DNA from: an uncultured Acidobacteriota bacterium
Lineage (GTDB): Bacteria; Acidobacteriota; Vicinamibacteria; Vicinamibacterales; UBA2999
NCBI GenBank assembly: GCA_963815285.1
Contig: CAWFGB010000003.1
Coordinates: 52,027 to 116,026, forward strand
DNA length: 64,000 nt
Direction of reading: 5' to 3'
Positions 27,924 through 36,808 of this stretch are shown here, in pieces; the first letter of the stretch is position 1; each line of letters opens with the position of its first letter. The notes under the pieces were generated by a model, which made no database searches, was not told the DNA's origin, and saw only the letters and a list, made by a program, of their open reading frames with translations. A program made the position numbers and the translations under genes.

Positions 27924-29561
27924 ATGATTGCTTTCGCGAACGTCAGTAAGCAGTACGGCCGGCAGGTGCTCTTCGTCGATGCCTCCTTTCAGATCAATCC
28001 TGGAGAAAAAGTCGGTCTCGTCGGCCCGAACGGGGCGGGCAAGACGACGCTCTTCCGCATGATCGTGGGAGAAGAGGCGCCCGACGAAGGCGAGGTGACG
28101 GTGCCGCGCAAGCTCACCATCGGCTACTTCCGTCAGGACGTCGAGGAGATGAGCGGCCGGTCGGTCCTCGACGAAGCGATCGCCGGCAGCGGACGGCTCG
28201 GCGATCTCCACCACGAGCTCGAGGAACTGCAGCACGCGATGTCGGACCCGGCGCGCGCCGGCGACATGGACACGATACTCGCGCGATTCGGCGAGGTGCA
28301 GGAGGAATACGACCATCTCGGCGGGTATGCGCTCGAAGGGCAGGCGCGCGAGGTGCTCCACGGGCTTGGTTTCGACGATGAGCGTATCGACGGCGATGTC
28401 GGCGCGCTCTCCGGGGGATGGAAGATGCGCGTGGCGATGGCGCGCGTGCTGCTCGGCAAGCCGGACGTGCTGTTGATGGACGAGCCGACCAATCACCTCG
28501 ACATCGAGTCCATCATCTGGCTCGAGCAGTTTCTCAAGTCGCAGACCGGCGCGCTGTTCATGACGTCCCACGACCGCGACTTCATGAACCGCATCGTCAC
28601 GAAAATCGCCGAGATCGATGGTGGCGAGGTGACGATGTATTCCGGCAACTACGATTTCTACGAGCGCGAGCGGCAGCTGCGCGAGGCCAATCGCGAGGCC
28701 GCCTACGCCCGCCAGCAGGCCATGCTCGCCAAGGAACAGCGCTTCATCGAGCGCTTCAAGACGCACGCCGCCAAGGCCGCGCAGGTGCAGAGCCGCATCA
28801 AGGCGCTCGACAAGATCGAGAAGGTGGAATTGCCGCGCCGGCGCGAGGTAGTCAAGTTCGATTTCCGGGCTCCGCCCCGCTCGGGCGATCAGGTCGCCGT
28901 CCTCGAGGACATCCGCAAAGCGTACGGCCGGCGCGTCATCTACGACGGGCTGAACATGATGATTCGTCGAGGGGAGCGCTGGGCGGTCATGGGCCGCAAC
29001 GGTGCCGGCAAGACCACGCTGCTCAAGATCATCGCCGGGGCGCTGACGCCCGACGGGGGCGACCTCAAGTTGGGCGCGAGCCTCAAGATGGGCTACTTTG
29101 CGCAGCAGTCGCTCGAACTGCTCGATCCCGATCTGACGGTCATCGAACAGCTCCAGAAGGACTTTCCACGGGAGGGGCTCGGCGTGCTCCGGACGCTGGC
29201 CGGCGCGTTTCAGTTCTCGGGCGACGACGTGGACAAGAAGATTCGAGCCCTGTCCGGCGGTGAGAAAACCCGCCTCGTGCTGGCGCGCATGCTGTTCGAT
29301 CCACCCAATTTCCTGGTCCTTGACGAACCGACCAATCACCTCGACCTGGCCACCAAGGAAACGCTGATCAACGCGCTCATGGGTTACGAAGGCACCATGA
29401 TCTTCGTCTCGCATGACCGGAACTTCCTGCGCGGACTGGCCAATCGCGTGCTCGAGCTCGGCGGCGAGTCGGGGATCGACCCGCAGCCGCACATGTACCC
29501 GGGAACGTATGTCGAGTATGTGCAGCGCACGGGACACGAGGCTCCCGGCGTGCACAACTGA
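27924..29561 (+). CDS. ABC-F ATPase (two NBDs, no TM domain)
   Basis: ATG at 27924. GPNGAGKTT and GRNGAGKTT Walker A. LSGGWKMR and LSGGEKTR signatures. Inter-domain linker QQAMLAKEQRFIERF. The ORF track starts at 27777 inside the repeat region. Confidence 0.9.
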   Translation: MIAFANVSKQYGRQVLFVDASFQINPGEKVGLVGPNGAGKTTLFRMIVGEEAPDEGEVTVPRKLTIGYFRQDVEEMSGRSVLDEAIAGSGRLGDLHHELEELQHAMSDPARAGDMDTILARFGEVQEEYDHLGGYALEGQAREVLHGLGFDDERIDGDVGALSGGWKMRVAMARVLLGKPDVLLMDEPTNHLDIESIIWLEQFLKSQTGALFMTSHDRDFMNRIVTKIAEIDGGEVTMYSGNYDFYERERQLREANREAAYARQQAMLAKEQRFIERFKTHAAKAAQVQSRIKALDKIEKVELPRRREVVKFDFRAPPRSGDQVAVLEDIRKAYGRRVIYDGLNMMIRRGERWAVMGRNGAGKTTLLKIIAGALTPDGGDLKLGASLKMGYFAQQSLELLDPDLTVIEQLQKDFPREGLGVLRTLAGAFQFSGDDVDKKIRALSGGEKTRLVLARMLFDPPNFLVLDEPTNHLDLATKETLINALMGYEGTMIFVSHDRNFLRGLANRVLELGGESGIDPQPHMYPGTYVEYVQRTGHEAPGVHN

Positions 29562-29574
29562 GCTCAGGGGTTCG

Positions 29575-30174
29575 GTGCTCACGACATCTCACGGCCAACG
29601 TTTGCGCGACCGCATCAAGCCGGGCGTGCGCGTGCTGTTCGTCGGCATCAATCCCGGCGTGCGATCGGCGCAAACGGGACATCATTTCGCTGGCTACTCG
29701 AACCGCTTCTGGAAGCTGCTGTACGAATCCGGGCTGGTTCCGGAGCCCCTCACGTTCGAAGACGATGACCGGTTGCCCGAGTTCGGGTATGGCATCACCA
29801 ATATCGTGGCGCGGGCGACTCCCGGGATGAACGACCTGCACGCCGAGGAGTACCAGAAGGGCGCCCGGCTGTTGCTGAGAAAAATCGAGAAGCTCCAACC
29901 GGAGATCGTCGCGCTGGTCGGCATCACGGTCTATCGCGCGCTGCTCTTGTCACTCGGCGACGCTTCGGCGATGAAACGGGAAATCCGACTGGGGCAGCAA
30001 AAGCCGCCGGTTCCATTTCCCGCCGAAATCTTCGTCCTCCCCAACCCCAGCGGCCGGAACGCAAACTTCACCTACACCGAAATGCTGGGAGCCTTCAGAT
30101 CCCTCAGGCGTGCACTAAGCCGACGGGTAGCAGTCCAAATCGGCCAGGGCGCCCAGTTCAAAATCCGAAGATGA
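29575..30174 (+). CDS. mug: G/U mismatch-specific DNA glycosylase (Mug/TDG family)
   Basis: VLFVGINPGVRSAQTGHHFAGYSNRFWKLL and VLPNPSGRNANFT are Mug blocks. In-frame GTG at 29575, 13 nt after the ABC-F stop. Confidence 0.85.
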   Translation: MLTTSHGQRLRDRIKPGVRVLFVGINPGVRSAQTGHHFAGYSNRFWKLLYESGLVPEPLTFEDDDRLPEFGYGITNIVARATPGMNDLHAEEYQKGARLLLRKIEKLQPEIVALVGITVYRALLLSLGDASAMKREIRLGQQKPPVPFPAEIFVLPNPSGRNANFTYTEMLGAFRSLRRALSRRVAVQIGQGAQFKIRR

Positions 30175-30215
30175 ACTCGGCGCCTGGAAAGCCCGCTCCG
30201 GTGTAATGTGTGTCG

Positions 30216-30620
30216 ATGCGCTGGCTGGTCAAGGAAGAACCCGAGAACTACAGCTTCGATCAATTCGTGGCCGACGGCTCCACCGTCTGGTCTGGGGTGA
30301 GAAACCCCGTCGCACAGAAGAACCTGCGCGCGATGCAGAAGGGCGATCGCGTCTTCTTCTATCACACCGGCAAGGAGAAGGCGATCGTGGGCACTGCGAA
30401 AGTCGCGGTCCCTGCGTATCCCGATCCGAAAGACAAGGCCGGCAGCCTTGTGGTCGTCGAGCTCGTGCCCGACAAGAAGCTGAAGCGAGCGGTGACCCTT
30501 GCGGAGATTAAGGCCTCCGGACGCTTCGCGGATTTCGCGCTGGTCAGGATTCCACGCCTGTCGGTGATGCCGGTGACGGAGGAGCAGTGGGAGGCGATTG
30601 AGGCGATGTCGCGCGCGTGA
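30216..30620 (+). CDS. EVE (PUA-like) domain protein
   Basis: MRWLVKEEPENYSFDQF..WSGVRNPVAQKNLRAMQKGDRVFFYHTGKEKAIVGTAKV is the typical EVE pattern. A GTG at 30210 is also possible. Confidence 0.8.
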   Translation: MRWLVKEEPENYSFDQFVADGSTVWSGVRNPVAQKNLRAMQKGDRVFFYHTGKEKAIVGTAKVAVPAYPDPKDKAGSLVVVELVPDKKLKRAVTLAEIKASGRFADFALVRIPRLSVMPVTEEQWEAIEAMSRA

Positions 30621-31899
30621 CCATCACCTTGTCCACCCGCCGGCCGTCCATGTCCACGACCTCGAAACGGCAGTCGCCGTAATCGAAGGCGTCTGCGGTG
30701 AGCGGCACGCGACCGAGGCGCGCCATCACGAACCCCGCAATCGTGTGATACGCGCCGGCTTCCTCGGCCGGCGGCTCCAACTCGAACTTCTCCGCGACCT
30801 CGTCCATCGGTGCCGAACCTTCGACCAGCCAGGAGTTGTCATCCCGCCGCACGAAGGCGCCCTGCGCTTCGTCCGCGTGGCCGGGCAACGCCCCGACCAG
30901 CCCTTCGAGCAGATCGGTGACCGACACCAGGCCTTCGACCGCGCCAAACTCGTCGAGGACCAGAGCAAGATGCCGATGTGACGAGCGGAAGGCTTCGAGC
31001 AGCTTGAAGGCCGCCATCGAGTCGGGCACGAACAGTGGCTCGCGCAGCAGCGCGCGCAGGTTGATCGCACCGCCCTTGAGCACCGCCGGCAGCAGTTCCA
31101 CGGAGCGAACCGTCCCGAGCACCTGATCGAGGTTACCGCCGCACAGGACGAACTCGGTGTGTGTGTGCGACATCAGGAAGTCGCGCAACGCCTCGGTGGT
31201 GATCCCGACATCCACCCACTCGATGTCCACCCGCGGCGTCATGATCGCCGCCACACGCTGATCGCCCAGCTGAAACACGCGCTGGACGATGGATTCCTCG
31301 GCGGGCTCGAGGACACCGCTTTCCGCGCCTTCGCTGATGACGGCGCGGATCTCGTCTTCGGTCAGGCTTGGCCCGCTGATCGATTTGAACCCGACGAGGC
31401 GCATGATGAAGTTGGTGGACGCCGTGAGCACGTGCACGACCGGCCCGCCCACGCGTGAAAGCATCATCATCGGGCCGGCCACCCACGAGGCGATTGACTC
31501 GGGGTAGCGCAGGCCGATGCTCTTCGGCACCAGCTCGCCGATGATGATCGACAGCACCGTGATGCCGGCGACGACCAGGGCGAGCGCGGCGACTTGCGCG
31601 TAGGGGGCGATCGGCGGAAACGCCGCGAGCGCGCCGGCGAGCGGTTCGGCCAGCGTGGCCCCACCGTACGCCCCGGCCAGGACCCCCACGAGCGTGATGC
31701 CGACCTGCACGGTCGAGAGAAACTGCTGGGGCTTGTGGGCCAGCTCGAGTGCGAGGCGCGCGCGATGATCGCCATCCTCGGCGCGCTGCTGCAGCCGGAC
31801 CTTGCGGGCTGCTACGACCGCGATCTCCGACATCGCAAACACCCCATTGGCGACGACCATCAACAGGATGATGACGATCTCGGTCCACATGTCACCCAT
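30544..31899 (-). CDS. CNNM/HlyC/CorC-family transporter (DUF21-CBS pair-CorC_HlyC)
   Basis: DUF21 TM region (VANGVFAMSEIAVVAARK), CBS pair, CorC_HlyC end FEVVDMDGRRVDKVMV. The Pro/Ser tail overlaps the EVE gene by 77 nt. Confidence 0.85.
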   Translation of the reverse strand: MGDMWTEIVIILLMVVANGVFAMSEIAVVAARKVRLQQRAEDGDHRARLALELAHKPQQFLSTVQVGITLVGVLAGAYGGATLAEPLAGALAAFPPIAPYAQVAALALVVAGITVLSIIIGELVPKSIGLRYPESIASWVAGPMMMLSRVGGPVVHVLTASTNFIMRLVGFKSISGPSLTEDEIRAVISEGAESGVLEPAEESIVQRVFQLGDQRVAAIMTPRVDIEWVDVGITTEALRDFLMSHTHTEFVLCGGNLDQVLGTVRSVELLPAVLKGGAINLRALLREPLFVPDSMAAFKLLEAFRSSHRHLALVLDEFGAVEGLVSVTDLLEGLVGALPGHADEAQGAFVRRDDNSWLVEGSAPMDEVAEKFELEPPAEEAGAYHTIAGFVMARLGRVPLTADAFDYGDCRFEVVDMDGRRVDKVMVTRATSPQSPPTAPPSPASPTGVES

Positions 31900-31917
31900 G
31901 CCGCCTCATTGTAGCGG

Positions 31918-31970
31918 CCGTACCCGCCCTGACCGGGCCTGACCGCCTTACCCGCCCTACCTGCCCCACG
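31918..31970. repeat. C-rich short-repeat block with GCCTTACCCGCCC and TACCTGCCCC
   Basis: gtacccgccctgaccgggcctgaccgccttacccgccctacctgcccc, in the divergent region between the CNNM gene and 32000..32476. Confidence 0.5.
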
Positions 31971-31999
31971 GTCGTCCGTGACAACATGCGAAGACAGAG

Positions 32000-32476
32000 A
32001 TGTCGCGGCTCATCGGACACCACCTGTCGGACGCGCTCGTCGAGACCCTGTCCGCGCGCCGTGCTCTCGAGCGCGCCGATCGCGTCATCCTGATCTGCTC
32101 GGTCGACGAGCAGGGGCGGCCTCACCCTGCCATGCTCAGCAGGCTTGAGATGGTGGCGCGAGACGTCCGCAACATCCGGCTGGCCGTCCACGCGTCGAGC
32201 CGCACGGCGCGCAACCTCACCGCCAACCGGCAACTGACGATGATCCTGGCGGACGAGACAGGTGTCTACTACGTCAAGGGGGACGCGGTGCTGACGTCGG
32301 CTTCGATGACCGCTGCGCCGGCCTTGTCTGCGTTCACCCTGCACGTGGACCGCGTGCTCGAGGACACACCAGCAGAGTACGAGCAGGCCACGATCGTGAG
32401 CGGAATTCACGTTACACGCGCAGCGCTCGACGTGAAACGAGCGCAAGCCATCCTCGCTGAGCTGTCCGCGACCTGA
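32000..32476 (+). CDS. Hypothetical protein, possibly a PNPOx-like FMN-binding split-barrel
   Basis: 158-aa ORF with good GC3. VILICSVDEQGRPHPAMLS and TARNLTANRQLTMIL resemble split-barrel flavoproteins. The functional call is weak. Confidence 0.5.
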   Translation: MSRLIGHHLSDALVETLSARRALERADRVILICSVDEQGRPHPAMLSRLEMVARDVRNIRLAVHASSRTARNLTANRQLTMILADETGVYYVKGDAVLTSASMTAAPALSAFTLHVDRVLEDTPAEYEQATIVSGIHVTRAALDVKRAQAILAELSAT

Positions 32477-32516
32477 GCACGTCGAGAGCTGAAAGCCGAG
32501 AGCGGTATCATTAGCC

Positions 32517-33371
32517 GTGTTCCTGAAGCGCAAAACCGAAGGCTCCGTCATCTGCGCGTCTTGCGGCGTCCTCGTCGGCGTGCTGGATGACACCTGCTAC
32601 AACTGCGGCCGCCGCAATCCCGGGCTCTGGGGCTACGGGCCGGCGCTGCGGAGCCTCGGCCAGGATCTCGGCTTTGTCCCGCTCATGACCGGCGCCGTCA
32701 TCGTCCTGTTCGTGCTGTCGCTGCTGCTCTCGCGCGGCGAGATGCAGATGATGACGCTGTCCCCCAACGGCGCGATGCTCTTCCTGCTTGGCGCCTCGGG
32801 CGCCATGCCGGTGTTCGAGTACGGCCGCTGGTGGACGCTGCTGACCGCCGGCTGGCTGCACGGCAACCTGCTGCACATCTTCTTCAACGTGCTCTGGATC
32901 AGGCAACTCGCGCCGGCCATCGGTGAGATATACGGCGCGTCGCGGATGATCATCATCTATACGTTCGCCAGCATCGCCGGGTTCGCCCTGAGCTCATTCG
33001 CCGGCGAGTTCCTCTCGTGGATGCCGATCTATTTCCTGCGCGGCGCGCAGTTGACCGTCGGCGCGTCAGCGGCGATCTTCGGATTGCTGGGCGCCGCCGT
33101 CTATTACGGTCGTCGCAGCGGCAGCAGTCACGCCTCGACGCTCGGACTGCAGTACGCCCTGCTGCTCGGGATCTTCGGCCTCATCTTTCCTGGCGTGGAC
33201 AACTACGCCCACGGCGGCGGCTTTCTCGGTGGCTACTTGACCGCACGCGTGCTCGACCCGCTCAAGCCCGAACGCGTCGATCACATGGTCATCGCCGGGA
33301 TCTGTTTGCTGGCGACACTGCTCGCGATCGTCGCGTCGATCATCACCGCGCTCCCGCTGCTCCTGCAGTAA
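32517..33371 (+). CDS. Rhomboid-family intramembrane serine protease with N-terminal zinc-ribbon
   Basis: CASCGVLVGVLDDTCYNCG (CxxC..CxxC). WWTLLTAGWLHGNLLHIFFN. Catalytic GASAAIFGLLG and HGGGFLGG. GTG start. Confidence 0.85.
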   Translation: MFLKRKTEGSVICASCGVLVGVLDDTCYNCGRRNPGLWGYGPALRSLGQDLGFVPLMTGAVIVLFVLSLLLSRGEMQMMTLSPNGAMLFLLGASGAMPVFEYGRWWTLLTAGWLHGNLLHIFFNVLWIRQLAPAIGEIYGASRMIIIYTFASIAGFALSSFAGEFLSWMPIYFLRGAQLTVGASAAIFGLLGAAVYYGRRSGSSHASTLGLQYALLLGIFGLIFPGVDNYAHGGGFLGGYLTARVLDPLKPERVDHMVIAGICLLATLLAIVASIITALPLLLQ

Positions 33372-33592
33372 CAGAATCCACGTCACCGGATCGCGTTCTT
33401 CGCGCGCTTGGAGATGCCTGTCGGGGTGGCGGCTGTTCACCCGCGGCTAGTCACCGTTGCCTGCGCGGTCGTCCCTCCTCGTCGAGTGATGGTACCAACG
33501 CTTCTCGCCTCAATCAGCGGCGCCGGTCGGCACTCTGCTTGCTCCTACCGCCGGGTCAGGTTCTCTGTCGTTTTTCGTTAGGAGGCAAGTCC

Positions 33593-36469
33593 ATGAGACG
33601 TTTGAGCAAAATCGTTTGGGTGATCGCCGCTGTGTTGTGGATCGGCACCGCACCGGCGTTCGCGCAAGGTGGCGGCGCGAGTTCAACCGGCAGCATCAGC
33701 GGTGAGGTCAGGGACTCGCAAAGTGGCGTGCTGCCCGGAGTCACCGTCACGGCCACGAGCCCGGCGCAAATCGGCGCGCTCACCGCCGTCACCAACGAAG
33801 CGGGCATCTACCGTTTCCCGTCGGTCCCACCCGGCGAGTACAAACTGGAGTTCGAGCTCGCCGGATTTCAAAATGTCATCCGGGACGGCGTACGCATCAC
33901 CCTTGGCTTCAACGCCCAGGTCAACGTGCAGCTCGGAGTCGCCACGCTGCAGGAAACGGTCACCGTCAGCGGCCAGTCGCCGGTGATCGACACGACCGCC
34001 ACCCGCGTCCAGACCAACTACGACGCACAGCAGCTCAGCTCGCTGCCGAACGCACGCGACATGTGGTCGTTGCTCGCCACTACGCCGTCGATCACGCTGA
34101 ACCGCGTTGACGTCGGCGGCGCCACCATGGGCACGCAGACCACGTATTTCGCTTACGGCTATTCGGGGCAGAACCGGCCGCTCGTCGAGGGCATCAACAC
34201 CACCGAGGGCACGTCGGCCGCGGGCTTCTACCTCGATTACGGCTCCTTCGAAGAGGTGTTCATCGGCGCCGCCGGCAACTCGGCAGAGATGCCGAACCCC
34301 GGCGTGTTGACGCAGTTCGTTAGCAAGAGCGGCGGCAACACGCCCTCCGTGAATCTCTACTACGATTACGAGAACGGCGACTGGCAAGCCCGCAACTTGG
34401 ATTCGAGCCAGTTTCTCGTCCCGGGGGAGCCCGCCAACGGCCGCACCATCCGTCCCGACGGTAATCGCCTCGCGGAGTACAAGAACTTCAATTTGGGTCT
34501 TGGCGGTCCGATCATCCGAGACAAGCTCTGGGGCTTCTTCGCCTACCTGAATCAGAGTAACTCGGTAGCGAACCCCCCCTCGGGCTCGATTCTCGACGGC
34601 ACGCCGTTCGACACCAAGCTGTTCAACTACACCGGAAAGGCTACGTACCAGCTAAACCCAAACCACAAGTTCGTCGGTTACTTGCAGCACGGTACCAAGC
34701 AGCAGCCGCACCGCACCGACAGCAGTAACCGGATCGGCGCGCCGATCCACTTGAGTGGCGATTCCACGAACCTCCAGGACTCGCCAAGCTGGGTCTACAA
34801 GGCCGAGTGGAACGGCACGGTGGGGCAGAACATGTTTGCCGAGTTCCGCGCCGGGCAGTTCGGCTACGACTTCGGTCGCGTGAGTAACGGCGCAGGCACC
34901 CGCTACGAGGATCTCGCCACCAACGAGGTCGTCGGGGGCGGCCGCGACTGGCTGCTGAAACGACGACGCAACCAGTACACGGGAGCGCTCAGCTTCTTCA
35001 AGGACAACTTCCTCGCTGGGTCGCACAACTTCAAGTTCGGCGGCGAGTATCTGGACGAGTCGGGCAACGAGATGTGGACCTCTCAGTACACGGACAGCGT
35101 CCTGCACTACTTGCAGAACGGCACGCCCAACTCGGCACGGCTCGGCCTGTCCGGCACGAGTTCGCAGAATGCCTTGGCCACCACGAGTTTCTTCGTCACC
35201 GACACGTGGACGATCAACAGGCTGACGATGAACGTCGGCGCACGCTTTGACCGCTACCGCGTGTGGCTGCCCGAGCAGACCACCCCTGTGTCGCGGTTCA
35301 ATCCCGTCTCCATCACCTACCCCGAGGTCTCGGAAGTTGTATCGTTTAACCAGATCGTGCCGCGCGTCGGTGCCACGTACGACTTGACGGGCGACGGCAA
35401 GACGGTATTAAAGGGCAACTGGGGCCGCTTCTACCACAACCCCGGCGTCAACCTGGCGGAGTCAACGAATCCGAACACCACCCAGCAGTACTCCGACTAC
35501 AACTGGACCGATCGCAACGGTGATCGGATCTATCAGGAAGGCGAGGAGACGACCCTCATTCAGAAGGTGGGTGGGTCGACCAACGCGTCGATCGATCCCG
35601 ATCTGAACAACCCTTACACTCACGAGGCGAGCGCTTTCCTCGAACGGACCGTTCTCGCCGACCTCGGCGTGCGAGTCGGGTACGTCTGGAAGAAGGATAG
35701 TGACGGCTGGCAGCTAGAGAACGTCAACCGTCCGTTCAGCGCTTACAACATCCCCGTCACCATCGTCGATCCAGGCCCCGATGGTGTGGCCGGCAACGGC
35801 GACGATGCCGGGACGATCCAGGGCTTCAACCTCGACCCGACGGCGCTGGCGCTGCCGAGCAACAACGTCACCCGCAACGTGCCCGGCTACGAAGGCACCT
35901 ACAAGACGTTCGAAGTGTCCGCCAACAAGCGCTACACGAACCGGTGGTCCATGGTGGCGAGCTACTCCTACACCTGGACCAACGAGGCAGGTAACAACTA
36001 CTTCAACAACCGCTTCGGCACTAACGTGAGCCAGTTCGCGTTCTTCGGCAGCTACCCGACGAATCCGAACGAGCGCACGGTGAACGAGTTCACGAACTGG
36101 AGTGCGAAGTTCACCGGCACGCTGGACGCCGGTTGGGGCATCCGCGTGACGCCAGTGTGGAAGCTGCAGAGTGGTGCGCCGTACGGCCGCATCATCACCG
36201 GTAACTTCAACTACAACACGGCGCAGCTGATCCTTGCCGAGCCGATTGCCACGCGCCGGCAGGAAACGATCAACGTGTTCGACTTCCGCCTGGAAAAGCA
36301 GCTCCGCTTTGCGGACCGCGCGCGCGTGGGCTTGTTTTTCGACATGTTCAACACCTTCAATGCGAACACGGCCGTCAACATCAACTGGCGGTCGGGTGCG
36401 AGCTTCGAGAAGGCGACCACGGTGCTCGGGCCGCGGATCGTCAAAATCGGCGCCAAGTTCGACTGGTAA
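33593..36469 (+). CDS. TonB-dependent receptor-like outer-membrane protein with CarboxypepD_reg N-domain (paralog 1, 958 aa)
   Basis: ATG at 33593 after AGGAGG. Signal peptide. GSISGEVRDSQSGVLPGVTVTATS..YRFPSVPPGEYKLEFELAGF. QETVTVSGQSPVIDT. Plug-like NARDMWSLLATTPSI. C-terminal aromatic end KFDW. Confidence 0.85.
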   Translation: MRRLSKIVWVIAAVLWIGTAPAFAQGGGASSTGSISGEVRDSQSGVLPGVTVTATSPAQIGALTAVTNEAGIYRFPSVPPGEYKLEFELAGFQNVIRDGVRITLGFNAQVNVQLGVATLQETVTVSGQSPVIDTTATRVQTNYDAQQLSSLPNARDMWSLLATTPSITLNRVDVGGATMGTQTTYFAYGYSGQNRPLVEGINTTEGTSAAGFYLDYGSFEEVFIGAAGNSAEMPNPGVLTQFVSKSGGNTPSVNLYYDYENGDWQARNLDSSQFLVPGEPANGRTIRPDGNRLAEYKNFNLGLGGPIIRDKLWGFFAYLNQSNSVANPPSGSILDGTPFDTKLFNYTGKATYQLNPNHKFVGYLQHGTKQQPHRTDSSNRIGAPIHLSGDSTNLQDSPSWVYKAEWNGTVGQNMFAEFRAGQFGYDFGRVSNGAGTRYEDLATNEVVGGGRDWLLKRRRNQYTGALSFFKDNFLAGSHNFKFGGEYLDESGNEMWTSQYTDSVLHYLQNGTPNSARLGLSGTSSQNALATTSFFVTDTWTINRLTMNVGARFDRYRVWLPEQTTPVSRFNPVSITYPEVSEVVSFNQIVPRVGATYDLTGDGKTVLKGNWGRFYHNPGVNLAESTNPNTTQQYSDYNWTDRNGDRIYQEGEETTLIQKVGGSTNASIDPDLNNPYTHEASAFLERTVLADLGVRVGYVWKKDSDGWQLENVNRPFSAYNIPVTIVDPGPDGVAGNGDDAGTIQGFNLDPTALALPSNNVTRNVPGYEGTYKTFEVSANKRYTNRWSMVASYSYTWTNEAGNNYFNNRFGTNVSQFAFFGSYPTNPNERTVNEFTNWSAKFTGTLDAGWGIRVTPVWKLQSGAPYGRIITGNFNYNTAQLILAEPIATRRQETINVFDFRLEKQLRFADRARVGLFFDMFNTFNANTAVNINWRSGASFEKATTVLGPRIVKIGAKFDW

Positions 36470-36536
36470 CTCCGAGTTCGACCCCGTGAACTCGGCCGAC
36501 GCGGCGTCGGAAGGCCGGCTGAGGCGCCGGGATGAA

Positions 36537-36572
36537 GGTCTGCGGGAACACTCCCGCAGACCTTTTCCTTTT
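36537..36572 (+). terminator. Rho-independent terminator after receptor paralog 1
   Basis: GGTCTGCGGGA-acac-TCCCGCAGACC (11-bp perfect stem) followed by TTTTCCTTTT. Confidence 0.8.
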
Positions 36573-36808
36573 CGATCGCGTCACCCCACGGACTGCGCCA
36601 CGAGTTCTCGCCACTGCGTCCTCCCACGACTGGGCCCCGCCAGCTGGCATTTCGTCCACCAAATACCGCTATTCGTCCCACCCCCCTGGCAGGTATCCTA
36701 GGGGTACTGCCCGGCTTGTCAACCGGGTTCCCTGAAAGTCGGTTGTTTGTATCTGCCGCGCGTTGGCGGCGGTCTTCGCTGGCTCCCCGGCCGGCGTGAG
36801 GAGGATGG

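Noticed and set aside
36600-36630. A GCCACTG string (B12-box-like) upstream of receptor paralog 2, suggesting a cobalamin riboswitch.
   Set aside because: The rest of the cobalamin riboswitch core is not visible by eye: no conserved GGTG..AA..CC and AG.CAG...ACC.GCC segments, and no matching helices. Only an Infernal scan could settle it.
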